DNA of 64,000 nt from an uncultured Bacillota bacterium (GCA_949282275.1 CASDOO010000019.1:44739-108738), one strand, 5' to 3'; positions 45,341 through 55,161 are shown, numbered from the stretch's first letter. Notes: generated from the sequence alone by a model not told the origin. Numbers and translations are program-made.

Positions 45341-47314
45341 ATGAAAAAAGAGTATCTAGAAGTCGAAGCGCTCCGCGGACTGGCCATGGACATCATCGCC
45401 AACGCCAAGAGCGGACATCCCGGCATGGCGCTTTCTTCCGCCCCCCTCCTCTACGCCCTCTATCGGGACCACCTTGTCGCTTCTCCCAGCGATTCGAGTT
45501 GGATCGATCGTGACCGTTTCGTCCTTTCCGCCGGCCATGGCTCCGCCCTTCTCTATGCCCTTCTTCATCTCTGCGGCTATCCCCTGCCGATGGATCAGCT
45601 AAGGCTCTTCCGGAAACTGGGCTCCCTGACGCCCGGCCATCCCGAATACGGCCATACCGCCGGAGTCGACTGCACGGCCGGCCCCTTGGGCCAGGGTATC
45701 GCCCAGGCCGTCGGCATGGCCCTTGCCGAAAGGCATCTGCGCCACCTCTATCCCGAGGGCGAAAGGCTTGTCGACCATTATACCTATTGTCTTGTCGGCG
45801 ACGGCTGCCTTGAGGAAGGCATCAGCCAGGAGGCCATCTCCTTTGCCGGCATCGAGAAGCTAAGCCGCCTCATCGTCCTCTATGACCGCAACGACTGCAC
45901 CCTGGACGGTCCTCTTTCCGATTCCTCCGTCGAGGACGTCAGGCTCCGCTTCGAGGCCGCAAAGTGGAACGTCCTTGAGATTGCCGACGGTAACGACGTC
46001 GACGAGGTCAGCAAGGCCATCGCCCTTGCCAAGGAAGCCAAGAGCAAGCCGACCCTCATCCTCTGTCATACCGTCATCGGTTATGGTTCCCCCTATGAAG
46101 GCTCCCACAAGAGCCACGGCAAGGCCTTCAGCAAGGAAGAGGTCCTCCAAACGAAGAAGAACCTCGGCTATCCCTATGGCGAGTTCGAGGTCCCCGAGCA
46201 GGTCTATGAGACCTTCCGTCAGACCTTCGCCCAGAGGGGCGAAAAGGCCCTTGCCGAATACAAGCGGGAACTTCTCGCCTATCGCAAGGACCATCCGCAG
46301 AACTACCTCCAGTTCGAGAAATACCTCGAGAACGACGTCAGCCACGACCTCTTCTCTTCCGCCCCCGTCTATCCCGAGGACTTCAAGCAGGCGACAAGGG
46401 ACACCTCCCAGAGCCTTCTCGAGCTCCTCTACCAGGAAGTCCCGATCCTCGTCGGCGGTTCGGCCGACGTCGCCGATTCGGTCAAGACCCGCGTCCCCGG
46501 CCTTGTCGACATGACGCCCGAGCACCCCGAGGGAAAGAACATCCGCTTCGGCATCCGCGAGTTCGCCATGGCCTCGATTGCAAACGGCATGCTTCTCCAC
46601 AAGGGCGTCCGTCCCTACGTCGGTTCCTTCCTCGTCTTTGCCGACTACATGAAGGGCGCACTGAGGATGTCTGCCATGGAAAGGCTTCCCCTTGTCTATC
46701 TCTTCAGCCATGACTCCATCGCCGTCGGCGAGGATGGCCCGACCCACCAGCCGATCGAGCAGCTTACCATGCTAAGAAGCATTCCCGGCTTTGACGTCTA
46801 CCGTCCCTGCGACGCCACCGAGACGGCTTCCTGCTATCGCCTTGCCTTTGCAAGCAAGGACCGTCCTTCCGCCCTCATCCTCACCCGCCAGGGACTGCCC
46901 CTGCAGAGGAATTCCTCCTTCGAGAAATGCGCCAAGGGCGCCTATGTCCTGGAAAAGGAAGGGAAGGAACGGCCCGACCTTGTCCTCATCGCCTCGGGAA
47001 GCGAGGTCGATTTGCTCTGCAAGTGCCGCCGTCTCCTCCTGGATGAAGGCATCGACTGCCGCGTCGTCAGCATGCCCTCGACGACCCTCTTCGACAGGCA
47101 GGAGGAAAGCTACAGGGAGGAAGTCCTCGGAAAGGACTACGACAGAAGGGTCTATGTCGAGATGGGAAAGGGCGACCTCCTCTACAAGTATGCCAAGAAC
47201 GTCATCGCCATCGACAGCTTCGGCAAATCGGGAAGCTACGAGACGCTCCTTGAGGAATACGGCTTCACGCCCGAGAAGATCAGCAAGAGGCTTGCTGCCC
47301 TGCTGGAAAAATAA
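45341..47314 (+). CDS. tkt: transketolase
   Basis: Track ORF 45296..47314. I prefer the ATG at 45341 after GGAGG. SGHPGMALS and GDGCLEEGIS TPP-binding motifs. 657 aa. Confidence 0.93.
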   Translation: MKKEYLEVEALRGLAMDIIANAKSGHPGMALSSAPLLYALYRDHLVASPSDSSWIDRDRFVLSAGHGSALLYALLHLCGYPLPMDQLRLFRKLGSLTPGHPEYGHTAGVDCTAGPLGQGIAQAVGMALAERHLRHLYPEGERLVDHYTYCLVGDGCLEEGISQEAISFAGIEKLSRLIVLYDRNDCTLDGPLSDSSVEDVRLRFEAAKWNVLEIADGNDVDEVSKAIALAKEAKSKPTLILCHTVIGYGSPYEGSHKSHGKAFSKEEVLQTKKNLGYPYGEFEVPEQVYETFRQTFAQRGEKALAEYKRELLAYRKDHPQNYLQFEKYLENDVSHDLFSSAPVYPEDFKQATRDTSQSLLELLYQEVPILVGGSADVADSVKTRVPGLVDMTPEHPEGKNIRFGIREFAMASIANGMLLHKGVRPYVGSFLVFADYMKGALRMSAMERLPLVYLFSHDSIAVGEDGPTHQPIEQLTMLRSIPGFDVYRPCDATETASCYRLAFASKDRPSALILTRQGLPLQRNSSFEKCAKGAYVLEKEGKERPDLVLIASGSEVDLLCKCRRLLLDEGIDCRVVSMPSTTLFDRQEESYREEVLGKDYDRRVYVEMGKGDLLYKYAKNVIAIDSFGKSGSYETLLEEYGFTPEKISKRLAALLEK

Positions 47315-47334
47315 GCAGTTAAAGACAGCATCAC

Positions 47335-47358
47335 GGGAGGGCAAGACCCTCCCTTTTT
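47335..47358 (+). terminator. terminator after tkt
   Basis: GGGAGGG-caagac-CCTCCC followed by TTTTT. Confidence 0.8.
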
Positions 47359-47435
47359 CGTCTCCTTTCCCAAAACGGGTTTGTTTTTTGCCTCTTTCGA
47401 TACAAAAGGTAGTGAAACCCAAGAAAGGAGACAAC

Positions 47436-48500
47436 ATGACGAAACGAAACAAGTGGACGATCGGACTGGCATCCTTCTGTCTCTCCCTCACCCTCCTTGG
47501 CGGATTCTCGACGCTCACCAAGGGCTTCACCGACTTCAGCTTCGGAAGCATCGAGGAACAGGCGGGGCTTAATGCCACGGCGGTGGAAAACATCCGCTTT
47601 CTCTCCGAGACCGACACGATGCGCCAGGACGGGACGATGCAGAAGGAAATCCTCTTTACCATCGAGCCGGAATCCGCGCGGGACGAGACGTTTTCCTACC
47701 ATCTCGACTGGAATGCCGATTCCTCGGCCGGAAAGGAAAGCGAGAACTGGAAGGACGGCAAGAAGGCGGAAGACTATGTCACCTACGAGGTCAAGGAAGA
47801 GAACAGCCGCATCGTCTTCACCTGTGGAGAGGCCTTCGGACACCAGATGAAGTTCGTCATGACCTCCGTCAGCAATCCCGACATCCGCGCCTCCCTGACA
47901 TTGGACTACAAGAGGAAGCTTCTCTCCAATGCCCGCATCGAGACGACGCCGACCTTTGCCCCGGGAAAGGCCATCCAGGTCAAGGTCATCGACGAGGTCT
48001 ACAGCATCGGCACGACGGGCGAAAAGACGAAGGACCTCAAGCCGACGATCGACGTGACCTACAAGGACAACGGCACGAGCTACGATTCCCTCTTTGCCGA
48101 CATCATCGTCGATGGCATCAACAGCCAGAACTACAAATACCTCGGATCGGACTACAACTCCCCGGACAAGCTCCTTGCCGACATGAAGGAAAAGGTCAGG
48201 AACTACCTTCTCAAGATCCCGAGCGAATCCGGGGAGACAGTCTTCGACCAAGCGACCTTCCAGTCCTATCTCACCTATAGCTATCACGCCTATACGACCT
48301 ACAAGCCCATCTACCAGGAATCGAGGGTGAGCCTGAACGAGTTCATCAAGCGTTACCAGAATGCCTATGCCTCGGGCTCGGGCTTCCACCTCCATGTCGA
48401 TGCCGAGGGAAAGGCAACCTACGACAACCTCATCGCCCTGGGACTGAGCGCCTCGACGCTGACGGACATTTCCTTCTCCGACTCTTCCATCGTCTTCTAG
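47436..48500 (+). CDS. hypothetical exported protein
   Basis: In-frame ATG at 47436 with AAAGGAG upstream. Signal-like MTKRNKWTIGLASFCLSLTLLGGFS. 354 aa with no recognised domain. The rest of track ORF 46791..48500 overlaps tkt and is rejected. Confidence 0.7.
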   Translation: MTKRNKWTIGLASFCLSLTLLGGFSTLTKGFTDFSFGSIEEQAGLNATAVENIRFLSETDTMRQDGTMQKEILFTIEPESARDETFSYHLDWNADSSAGKESENWKDGKKAEDYVTYEVKEENSRIVFTCGEAFGHQMKFVMTSVSNPDIRASLTLDYKRKLLSNARIETTPTFAPGKAIQVKVIDEVYSIGTTGEKTKDLKPTIDVTYKDNGTSYDSLFADIIVDGINSQNYKYLGSDYNSPDKLLADMKEKVRNYLLKIPSESGETVFDQATFQSYLTYSYHAYTTYKPIYQESRVSLNEFIKRYQNAYASGSGFHLHVDAEGKATYDNLIALGLSASTLTDISFSDSSIVF

Positions 48501-48563
48501 CGGTGCTTAACTTTCCATTCCGAAAAGGGTAAACTATTCCGGTCCCGAAAAGAGGCTATCGAA

Positions 48564-49604
48564 ATGGAAAGAAAGAAAAGAATACTGACCAAGAACCTGG
48601 ACGAAAGGAAAAGGCGCATCCACCATGCCCGCATCGTTGCAACGACCATCCTTGTCGTCCTCCTTCTTCTTGTCGCCGGCTGCTTTGCCATCGGGGAATA
48701 CCTTGTCCTCTTTGCCGTCGGCCCTTCCGAGATCATGGGAAACGTCAACCTCGATCCGGGTGCCTCCAGTGAGGATTGCGTGCTGACGACGATCGACACC
48801 AACCGCGAGAAGTTTGACCAGAAGAAGGAAGAATGGCTCTCCCGGACGGAAGTGAAGGAAGTCGAGATCGAGTCGGACGACGACCTAGCCCTGAAGGGCT
48901 TCTTCTATCCCGCCAAGGAAGAGACGCATGACTATGCCCTCCTTCTCCACGGCTATCGCGACACCCACAAGGGCATGGAGAATATCGCCTACGTCTACAA
49001 CGAGCACATGGCCTTCAACTGCCTGCTCCCGGACATGCGCGCCTGTGGCGAAAGCGAAGGCGACTATGTCGGCATGGGCTACCTCGACAGCAAGGACGTC
49101 GAGAACTGGATCGACTATCTCATCGAAGAGGATCCTCAGGCACGGATCCTCGTCTCGGGCATCTCCATGGGCGGCGCGACGACGATGATGGTCTCCGGGC
49201 TGGATCTCCCCGACAACGTCGTCTGCTTCATCGAGGACTGCGGCTATACCTCCGTCTGGGACATCTTCGAGCACGAGCTGGACTTCCTCTTCCATCTCCC
49301 CGCCTTCCCGCTTCTCCATGTCGCAAGCGCCATCTCCTCCCTCCAGGTCGGCTATTCCTTCACGGAGGCCTCCTCCCTTGATGCCCTCTCCCGCTGCGAA
49401 AGGCCGATGCTCTTCATCCACGGGACTAACGACGACTTCGTCTCCTACTCGATGCTTGACGAGGTCTACGAGGCAAAGACGAAGGGCGAGAAGGAAATCC
49501 TCCGCATGGAAGGCGCCGGCCATGCCAACAGCTATCTCCAGGATCCCGAGCTCTACTTCTCAACGGTCCATTCCTTCCTCGGGAAGTACTTCTTCCAGGA
49601 CTGA
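48564..49604 (+). CDS. membrane-anchored alpha/beta hydrolase
   Basis: 346 aa. N-terminal TM (IVATTILVVLLLLVAGCFAI), nucleophile elbow GISMGG, and later D and H (GAGHAN) consistent with a Ser-Asp-His triad. Confidence 0.85.
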   Translation: MERKKRILTKNLDERKRRIHHARIVATTILVVLLLLVAGCFAIGEYLVLFAVGPSEIMGNVNLDPGASSEDCVLTTIDTNREKFDQKKEEWLSRTEVKEVEIESDDDLALKGFFYPAKEETHDYALLLHGYRDTHKGMENIAYVYNEHMAFNCLLPDMRACGESEGDYVGMGYLDSKDVENWIDYLIEEDPQARILVSGISMGGATTMMVSGLDLPDNVVCFIEDCGYTSVWDIFEHELDFLFHLPAFPLLHVASAISSLQVGYSFTEASSLDALSRCERPMLFIHGTNDDFVSYSMLDEVYEAKTKGEKEILRMEGAGHANSYLQDPELYFSTVHSFLGKYFFQD

Positions 49605-49627
49605 AGTCCTGAAAACAGACAAAAAGA

Positions 49628-49662
49628 AAACGTCACCCCGCCTAGGCAGGATGACGTTTTTT
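49628..49662. terminator. bidirectional terminator between the hydrolase gene and rpsU
   Basis: AAAACGTCA-ccccgcctaggcagga-TGACGTTTTTT with an inner GCCTAGGC palindrome; A/T runs on both sides. Confidence 0.75.
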
Positions 49663-49675
49663 CATGCCTTCTGGA

Positions 49676-49846
49676 TTAGTGCTTCCTTCTGGCGTTCTCG
49701 CTCTTGAGCTTCCGCTTGAGACCCTTCTTGAGGAAGAAGTCGTGCTTGCGGTAGTCCGCGATGGTACCGGCCTTGTTCACCTGACGCTTGAAACGCTTCA
49801 TCGCGTCGTCAAGTGTTTCGCCGTCCCTGACAGCTGTTCTTGGCAA
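49676..49846 (-). CDS. rpsU: 30S ribosomal protein S21
   Basis: Not in the ORF track (56 aa). TTG start 6 nt after GAGGTGA. Translation (M)PRTAVRDGETLDDAMKRFKRQVNKAGTIADYRKHDFFLKKGLKRKLKSENARRKH matches the S21 pattern. Confidence 0.85.
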   Translation of the reverse strand: MPRTAVRDGETLDDAMKRFKRQVNKAGTIADYRKHDFFLKKGLKRKLKSENARRKH

Positions 49847-49945
49847 ATGAAATCACCTCGTTTTCTGAAAATTGCCTTGTCAATTCTATCAAAAGGCGAA
49901 GACGGATTTCAAGGAAAAACAGAAACCCTTCTTCCGAAAGGGAAA

Positions 49946-51088
49946 CTAGTAGCGGATTTCCTCCCCGTCCAGGCCATAGGTCTTGTCGATGATGCCGCTT
50001 CCCAAAAGCCTTTCCCCGAGATAGAGGCAGGCAATCTGGCCCTTGGCGACATAGGGATAGCGGGGATAGGAAAGACGGGCTTTCTTTCCGCCTTCGAGGA
50101 CTTCCAGGGTGACAGGCATGTCCTTTCCCCGGTAGCGGAACTTGCAGCAGCAGGAAAGACGGCCTTCGGGAAGGTCCGATCCGATCCAGTTGAAGCTCGT
50201 GAGCAAGCACCCATAGGAAAAGCGGAACTCGTTGTCATCCTCCTGGGCGACATAGAGGATGTTCCTTTCGACGTCCTTGCCGACGACGAAGAAGGGAAGG
50301 GTCTTGTAGCCCTTGATCCCGCCGATGTTGAGGCCCTTGTGCTGGCCGACCGTGTAATAGAGGACGCCATCGTGCCTGGCGATCCTGTTTCCGGAGACGA
50401 TGTCGACGATGTCGCCTTCCTTGCTGGGAAGGTAGTTGTTGAGGAATTCCTTGAAGTTCCTCTCGCCGATGAAGCAGACGCCCGTGGAATCCTTCTTCCT
50501 GGCGACGGAAAGGTGGAGCATCTCGGCCTTCTTCCGGACCTCCTCCTTGGTCATCGATTCCAACGGGAAGAGACACTGGGAGAGCTGTTCCTTGCTGATC
50601 TGGCCCAGGAAATAGGACTGGTCCTTGTTCTTGTCGTAGGCCTTGTAGAGATGGCTTTCGCCGTTCTCGTCGATCCTTTTGGCATAGTGGCCCATGGCAA
50701 TCATGTCGAATCCGGACGCCTTGGCGAAATCGAGGAAGGCACCGAACTTGATGTACTTGTTGCAGAAGACGTCCGCATCGGGCGTATAGCCCCGGCGATA
50801 GGTCTCCAGGAAATAGGAAAAGACGTCCTTCCAGTACTCCTCGATGAAGTCCTTCCGCATGATCGGTATGGAAAGCTCGAAGGCCGTCTCGGCCGCATCA
50901 TCGTAGTCGAGTTCCTGGGAACACTTGCTTCCGGAAAGGGTGGGATTGCCAAGGATGTCGTTGTTGGCGATGGAATCCCAGTTCCGCATGAAGCAGCCGG
51001 TGACGTCATAGCCCTGGAGGATGAGGAGATAGGCGGCAATCGCCGAATCCACGCCTCCCGAAAGGCCGACCAAGACCTTTTTCTTCAT
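49946..51088 (-). CDS. mnmA: tRNA-specific 2-thiouridylase
   Basis: 380 aa. PP-loop GLSGGVDS, with the overall MnmA/TrmU pattern. Confidence 0.93.
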   Translation of the reverse strand: MKKKVLVGLSGGVDSAIAAYLLILQGYDVTGCFMRNWDSIANNDILGNPTLSGSKCSQELDYDDAAETAFELSIPIMRKDFIEEYWKDVFSYFLETYRRGYTPDADVFCNKYIKFGAFLDFAKASGFDMIAMGHYAKRIDENGESHLYKAYDKNKDQSYFLGQISKEQLSQCLFPLESMTKEEVRKKAEMLHLSVARKKDSTGVCFIGERNFKEFLNNYLPSKEGDIVDIVSGNRIARHDGVLYYTVGQHKGLNIGGIKGYKTLPFFVVGKDVERNILYVAQEDDNEFRFSYGCLLTSFNWIGSDLPEGRLSCCCKFRYRGKDMPVTLEVLEGGKKARLSYPRYPYVAKGQIACLYLGERLLGSGIIDKTYGLDGEEIRY

Positions 51089-51540
51089 CCCCAGAGCTCC
51101 TTGCTGTCGAGAAGGACGGTAAAGGGTCCGTCGTTGATCAGGTGGACCTTCATGTCCGCGCCGAAGACCCCCTTCTCGATCTTCCCAGGCATCCTTTCAT
51201 CCATCTTCTTGGCGAACAGCCCGAAGAGAGGCTCGGACTGGCTTCCCGGAAGGGCCTTGACGAAGGATGGCCTGTTGCCGGAGGAGAGATCCGCATAGAG
51301 GGTAAACTGGCTGACGAGGAGAAGCTTCCCGTCGATATCCGCAAGGGAAAGGTTCGTCTTGCCGTTCTCGTCGGCAAAGATCCTTAGCTTGAGAAGCTTG
51401 TCGATCATCCTGTCGATGATCTTCTCGTCATCCCCGGTGGTGAAACCGACGAGGACCACTTCCCCGCGCCCGATCTCGCCGACCGTCTTCCCATCGATGA
51501 CGACTTTGCCCTGTAGGCATTCTTGTATCAAAAGACGCAT
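51085..51540 (-). CDS. dtd: D-aminoacyl-tRNA deacylase
   Basis: Track ORF extends to 51564. I prefer the ATG at 51540 (MRLLIQ...). SQFTLYAD and NDGPFT motifs. 151 aa. Confidence 0.9.
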   Translation of the reverse strand: MRLLIQECLQGKVVIDGKTVGEIGRGEVVLVGFTTGDDEKIIDRMIDKLLKLRIFADENGKTNLSLADIDGKLLLVSQFTLYADLSSGNRPSFVKALPGSQSEPLFGLFAKKMDERMPGKIEKGVFGADMKVHLINDGPFTVLLDSKELWG

Positions 51541-51610
51541 GTGCACATTATACGCCAAAGGCAACCGGATTCAGCATCCCAAGGAGTAGAATATTAATGA
51601 GGACATTGAC

Positions 51611-52432
51611 ATGGATTACAACGAACTGAATGCGATGGCAAGGACGATAGGAGACCGCCTTGACGAAAAGCCCCTTCTTGGCATCGTCCTCGGCTCCGGC
51701 CTCTCCTATCTCAAGGACTATCTTGTCGAAAAGGGCAGGATCGACTACAAGGATATCAAAGGACATCCCGTCTGCACCAACAAGAGCCACTCGGGAAGCT
51801 ATATCATCGGAACGATACAGGACATCCCGGCGATCGTCATGGACGGAAGGCTTCATTACTACGAGGGCTATTCCGCCTCCGAATGCACGATACCCGAAAG
51901 GCTTCTCGGGATTCTTGGCATCCGCCATCTCATCCTGACCAATGCCGTCGGCGGAATCACAGCAGGCCCGGGAACGGTCCTCGTCACGACAGAACAGATC
52001 GCAAGCCTTGTTCCTTCTCCGCTTCGGGGAGAGAACATCGACGAGCTTGGCCCCCGCTTCCCGGATATGTCGGAAGTCTACGATCCCCTTCTTTCCGCCA
52101 CGATTGCCAAAAAGGCCAAGGAAGAGAACCTCGCCTGCAAGGAAGCCGTCTTCATGCAGTTTCCTGGCCCACAGTTCGAGACGAAGGCGGAAGTCGAAAT
52201 GGCAAGGCGCCTTGGCGCAGATAGCGTCGGCATGTCCACCGGTATCGAGGCCATCGCCAGCCGCCACATGGGAATCAAGAACATCGGCCTCTCCCTTGTC
52301 ACCAACTGGGCCTGCGGCATCGCAAAGGGGCCCATCACGGACGAGGAAGTCCTCGTCGTCGCCAAGTCCAGCGAGAAAACGATGCGCCGTGTCTTCGAAA
52401 TCGCCTTGGAGGCCATTGCCGATGATCGATAA
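51611..52432 (+). CDS. punA: purine nucleoside phosphorylase (trimeric PNP/PunA type)
   Basis: 273 aa. GIVLGSGL..., HSGSYIIG, GRLHYYEG, FPGPQFET, VGMSTG motifs. Confidence 0.9.
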   Translation: MDYNELNAMARTIGDRLDEKPLLGIVLGSGLSYLKDYLVEKGRIDYKDIKGHPVCTNKSHSGSYIIGTIQDIPAIVMDGRLHYYEGYSASECTIPERLLGILGIRHLILTNAVGGITAGPGTVLVTTEQIASLVPSPLRGENIDELGPRFPDMSEVYDPLLSATIAKKAKEENLACKEAVFMQFPGPQFETKAEVEMARRLGADSVGMSTGIEAIASRHMGIKNIGLSLVTNWACGIAKGPITDEEVLVVAKSSEKTMRRVFEIALEAIADDR

Positions 52433-53726
52433 GCCCCTTGCCTACAGGATGCGTCCGAGGCTTCTTGCGGACGTCCTGGGCCAGAAGAAGATAAAGGCAT
52501 TCCTGAACAACCTCCTTGAGAACAAGGCTTTGGTCTCGATGATTTTCTATGGCCCTCCGGGAACGGGAAAGACGACCCTTGCCCAGGCCTTTGCCAATTC
52601 CTTCGATGCCTATTCCGTCCGCCTGAATGCGGTCCTGGACAACAAGAGCCAGATGCAGCAGGCCTTCGACGAGGCCATCCGCTTCAATCCCAGCATCGTC
52701 ATCATCGACGAAATCCACCGCCTGGACAAGGCCAAGCAGGATCTCCTCCTTCCCCACCTGGAGAACGGGGATTTCTATCTCATCGGCTGCACGACGGCAA
52801 ATCCGCTCATCTCCCTCAATCCCGCCATCCGCTCCAGGACGAGACTGTTGGAATCCGTTCCCCTTTCCAAGGAAGATGTCCTTGAAGGCCTCCATCGAGC
52901 CGTCAAGAGCAAGGAAGGACTCTCCGATTCCAGGACTTTCGATGAGGATGCCTTGTTTTATCTTGCTTCGATATCCTCTGGAGATCTCCGCTTTGCCTAC
53001 AATCAGCTTGAGGCTATCGCCCTGAGTTTTTCGAAAAGCCATCGCATCACGCTCGATGACGTCAAGGAAATCGCCATCGCCCCAAACTACCTGACCGACA
53101 AGGACGAGGACGAGCACTATGATACCGTCTCGGGACTGCAGAAATCGATTCGAGGAAGCGATGTCGACGCCGCCATCTACTACCTTGCCAAACTGCTCAA
53201 GGGCGGCGACCTGGAAGGCCTTATCCGCCGTCTTCTTGTCACGGCCTACGAGGACGTGGGCCTTGGAAATCCCCAGGCCGTCGATCGTTGCTACACGGCC
53301 TGTCTTGTCGCCAGGGAAGTCGGTCTTCCGGAAGCCATGATTCCGCTTGCCTTTGCCGTCTGCGACCTTGCCCTCTCCCCGAAATCCAGGGCGTCCTGTG
53401 AGGCCATCCACATGGCAAGCGACCTTATCGACTCCTCCCCGAGCCATGTCCGCAGCTACCTTCGATTGAAGACGACCGGAATTCCCAAGGAGGAGCAATA
53501 CGACTATGGCAATCCCGAAATCTGGTCCCATCTTGTCTATCTTCCCGAAGGCCTCGAGGGAACGCATTTCTTCCACGGCTGGGGAAACGGAAAATACGAA
53601 CGCGCCCTGATGGAACAGTACCAGCGTCTTTGCTCCCTTGCAAAGGTCACATCCGTCTCCGAAGCACGAAAGATCGTCGAGGAGGAAAGACGGAAAGGAA
53701 AGAACGAAAAGACCGGGGTCCGCTAA
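52422..53726 (+). CDS. rarA: replication-associated recombination protein A (AAA+ ATPase)
   Basis: ATG at 52422 overlaps the punA end by 11 nt. Walker A GPPGTGKTT, IIIDEIHR, and the C-terminal MgsA-type helical domain. 434 aa. The N-terminal part of track ORF 51942..53726 is rejected. Confidence 0.9.
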   Translation: MIDKPLAYRMRPRLLADVLGQKKIKAFLNNLLENKALVSMIFYGPPGTGKTTLAQAFANSFDAYSVRLNAVLDNKSQMQQAFDEAIRFNPSIVIIDEIHRLDKAKQDLLLPHLENGDFYLIGCTTANPLISLNPAIRSRTRLLESVPLSKEDVLEGLHRAVKSKEGLSDSRTFDEDALFYLASISSGDLRFAYNQLEAIALSFSKSHRITLDDVKEIAIAPNYLTDKDEDEHYDTVSGLQKSIRGSDVDAAIYYLAKLLKGGDLEGLIRRLLVTAYEDVGLGNPQAVDRCYTACLVAREVGLPEAMIPLAFAVCDLALSPKSRASCEAIHMASDLIDSSPSHVRSYLRLKTTGIPKEEQYDYGNPEIWSHLVYLPEGLEGTHFFHGWGNGKYERALMEQYQRLCSLAKVTSVSEARKIVEEERRKGKNEKTGVR

Positions 53727-53740
53727 TACCCCGGCTTTTT
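53713..53740 (+). terminator. terminator after rarA
   Basis: CCGGGGT-ccgctaat-ACCCCGG followed by CTTTTT. The stop codon lies in the loop. Confidence 0.7.
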
Positions 53741-53863
53741 CATTTCAGGTACACCATTTGAAACAATGAAAGGTGGTCGAATGAGCGCTTTGCAAAGGGT
53801 CCGATAATCGGGAACCGTCTCTTTCAATCGCCCAAATCAACCGACCATGCTTTTAGACAAATC

Positions 53864-54289
53864 TCATCCGTGTTTCTTCTTCTGCCGGCAAATTTCCTTC
53901 AGGTCGTCGATTGCCACTTCCGTGTCAAGCGTATGGAACATGAAGTAATTCGTATTCATCGTATCAAAAGGCGCCTGTTTGTAAATTCTTGCGCTTTCCT
54001 CACCGGTATAGAAATGCCAATATCGATAGAGATATCCCATCCAGAAAAGGACTTCTTTGGAAATGTTTTCTCTTTTTGCCACCAGTTTTTCTTTATGGAC
54101 GGCAATCAACTCTTCGTATAGATATTCCTCCCCGGCCCACTGGAGCCGATTGTATTCGGAGTCGAGGGCTTTGGCCAAATCGCTTTCCATAAAGGTCTTT
54201 ACAAGGCTTTCCGGACTATATTGGCTATCGGCAAACAACGCGAACAGCCTTCCTTGTATATCGCACAATTTCAGGGCAATAGGATTCAT
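53864..54289 (-). CDS. small helical protein coupled to the HTH-DUF3990 gene (DUF3791-like by recollection)
   Basis: 141 aa. Its ATG overlaps the upstream TGA (ATGA). C-terminal ...NYFMFHTLDTEVAIDDLKEI resembles the DUF3791 signature I remember. Lies in the AT-rich islet. Confidence 0.6.
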   Translation of the reverse strand: MNPIALKLCDIQGRLFALFADSQYSPESLVKTFMESDLAKALDSEYNRLQWAGEEYLYEELIAVHKEKLVAKRENISKEVLFWMGYLYRYWHFYTGEESARIYKQAPFDTMNTNYFMFHTLDTEVAIDDLKEICRQKKKHG

Positions 54290-55161
54290 AGAAGCTCTCC
54301 TTTTTGCGCCGCTGCAAGAATCTCATCGAAATAGCGTCCCTCGCGGCGATGGTCTTTGCAAATCGCGTTGGCAATATCGATTCCCTTTTTCCTGTTCTGC
54401 TCGCTGACTCTCTTAAGGACTTTCTTTTCGAAGTAGGAAACCGGCACTTCCTTCTCGATGCGAATCGCTTTGCAGGCTTTTTCCGTGAGCGCAACATATT
54501 GTTTGCCAAGTCCCAAAGCGGACAAGCTTCCTACCAATGCGGCGTCCGTGATATTTTCCTGGAAGAAATTGTCGATGACGAAGAACATCCTGTCATTGGC
54601 AATACTTCCGATCACAATGTCCTTATTCGTGGTCATGGCTTTGTATTTCTCGTACAGCGGCGTGCCTTTGATTCCTTCCATCTTGCCGCGATGAAACGCC
54701 ACCACCATCGCCCAATCGATGTTCGCCGGGATTTCCGCAACATCCAGTCCCTCCAAGGCAATCGATACGATATAAAATCTCGAGTCCTCGAAATCGCACA
54801 CGAGCGTGAGAGCTTGCTCAGGGGCCGTCCCCATATAGAATCCTTTCCCGAAATCGCACCGTTCACGGCTGATAGGCTTGATCGGTCCGACAATCCCGCT
54901 TTTGGAACCATGATACAAAACAAGCCGGCTTTCGGTTTCCAAGCCCTTGACCGCCTTTCCAATTCCGTCAAGGATCATTTCATACACCGGGATGTCGTAT
55001 TGTTCGCAAATTTCCAATAGCTTTTCCTGGGCAAGGCGAGTCGGCTTGGTATGCCCGTTTTCCCAGCGGTTGATCGTGGCAAATCCGACACTCAGCTTTT
55101 CCGCCATCTCCTTTTGGCTTAATTTCGCGTACTGCCGAATCTCTTTAAGCAATTCTTTCAT
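54286..55161 (-). CDS. XRE-type HTH fused to a DUF3990-like domain with PARP-like H-Y motifs
   Basis: 291 aa. N-terminal HTH (LSQKEMAEKLSVGFATINRWENGHTKP). Then LVLYHGSKSG (H84) and FGKGFYMG (Y109), which mirror the PARP HGS...GKGIYFA motifs. Later IGSIANDRMF. Confidence 0.7.
   Translation of the reverse strand: MKELLKEIRQYAKLSQKEMAEKLSVGFATINRWENGHTKPTRLAQEKLLEICEQYDIPVYEMILDGIGKAVKGLETESRLVLYHGSKSGIVGPIKPISRERCDFGKGFYMGTAPEQALTLVCDFEDSRFYIVSIALEGLDVAEIPANIDWAMVVAFHRGKMEGIKGTPLYEKYKAMTTNKDIVIGSIANDRMFFVIDNFFQENITDAALVGSLSALGLGKQYVALTEKACKAIRIEKEVPVSYFEKKVLKRVSEQNRKKGIDIANAICKDHRREGRYFDEILAAAQKGELL

Noticed and set aside
54179-54194. 16-mer ATCGCTTTCCATAAAG shared between the transporter leader (4114) and the coding region of 53864..54289
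   Set aside because: For a 64-kb window read on both strands, roughly one exact 16-mer coincidence is expected by chance. The second copy is inside a CDS (it encodes FMESD) in an unrelated islet. I treat it as coincidence and not as a regulatory link.
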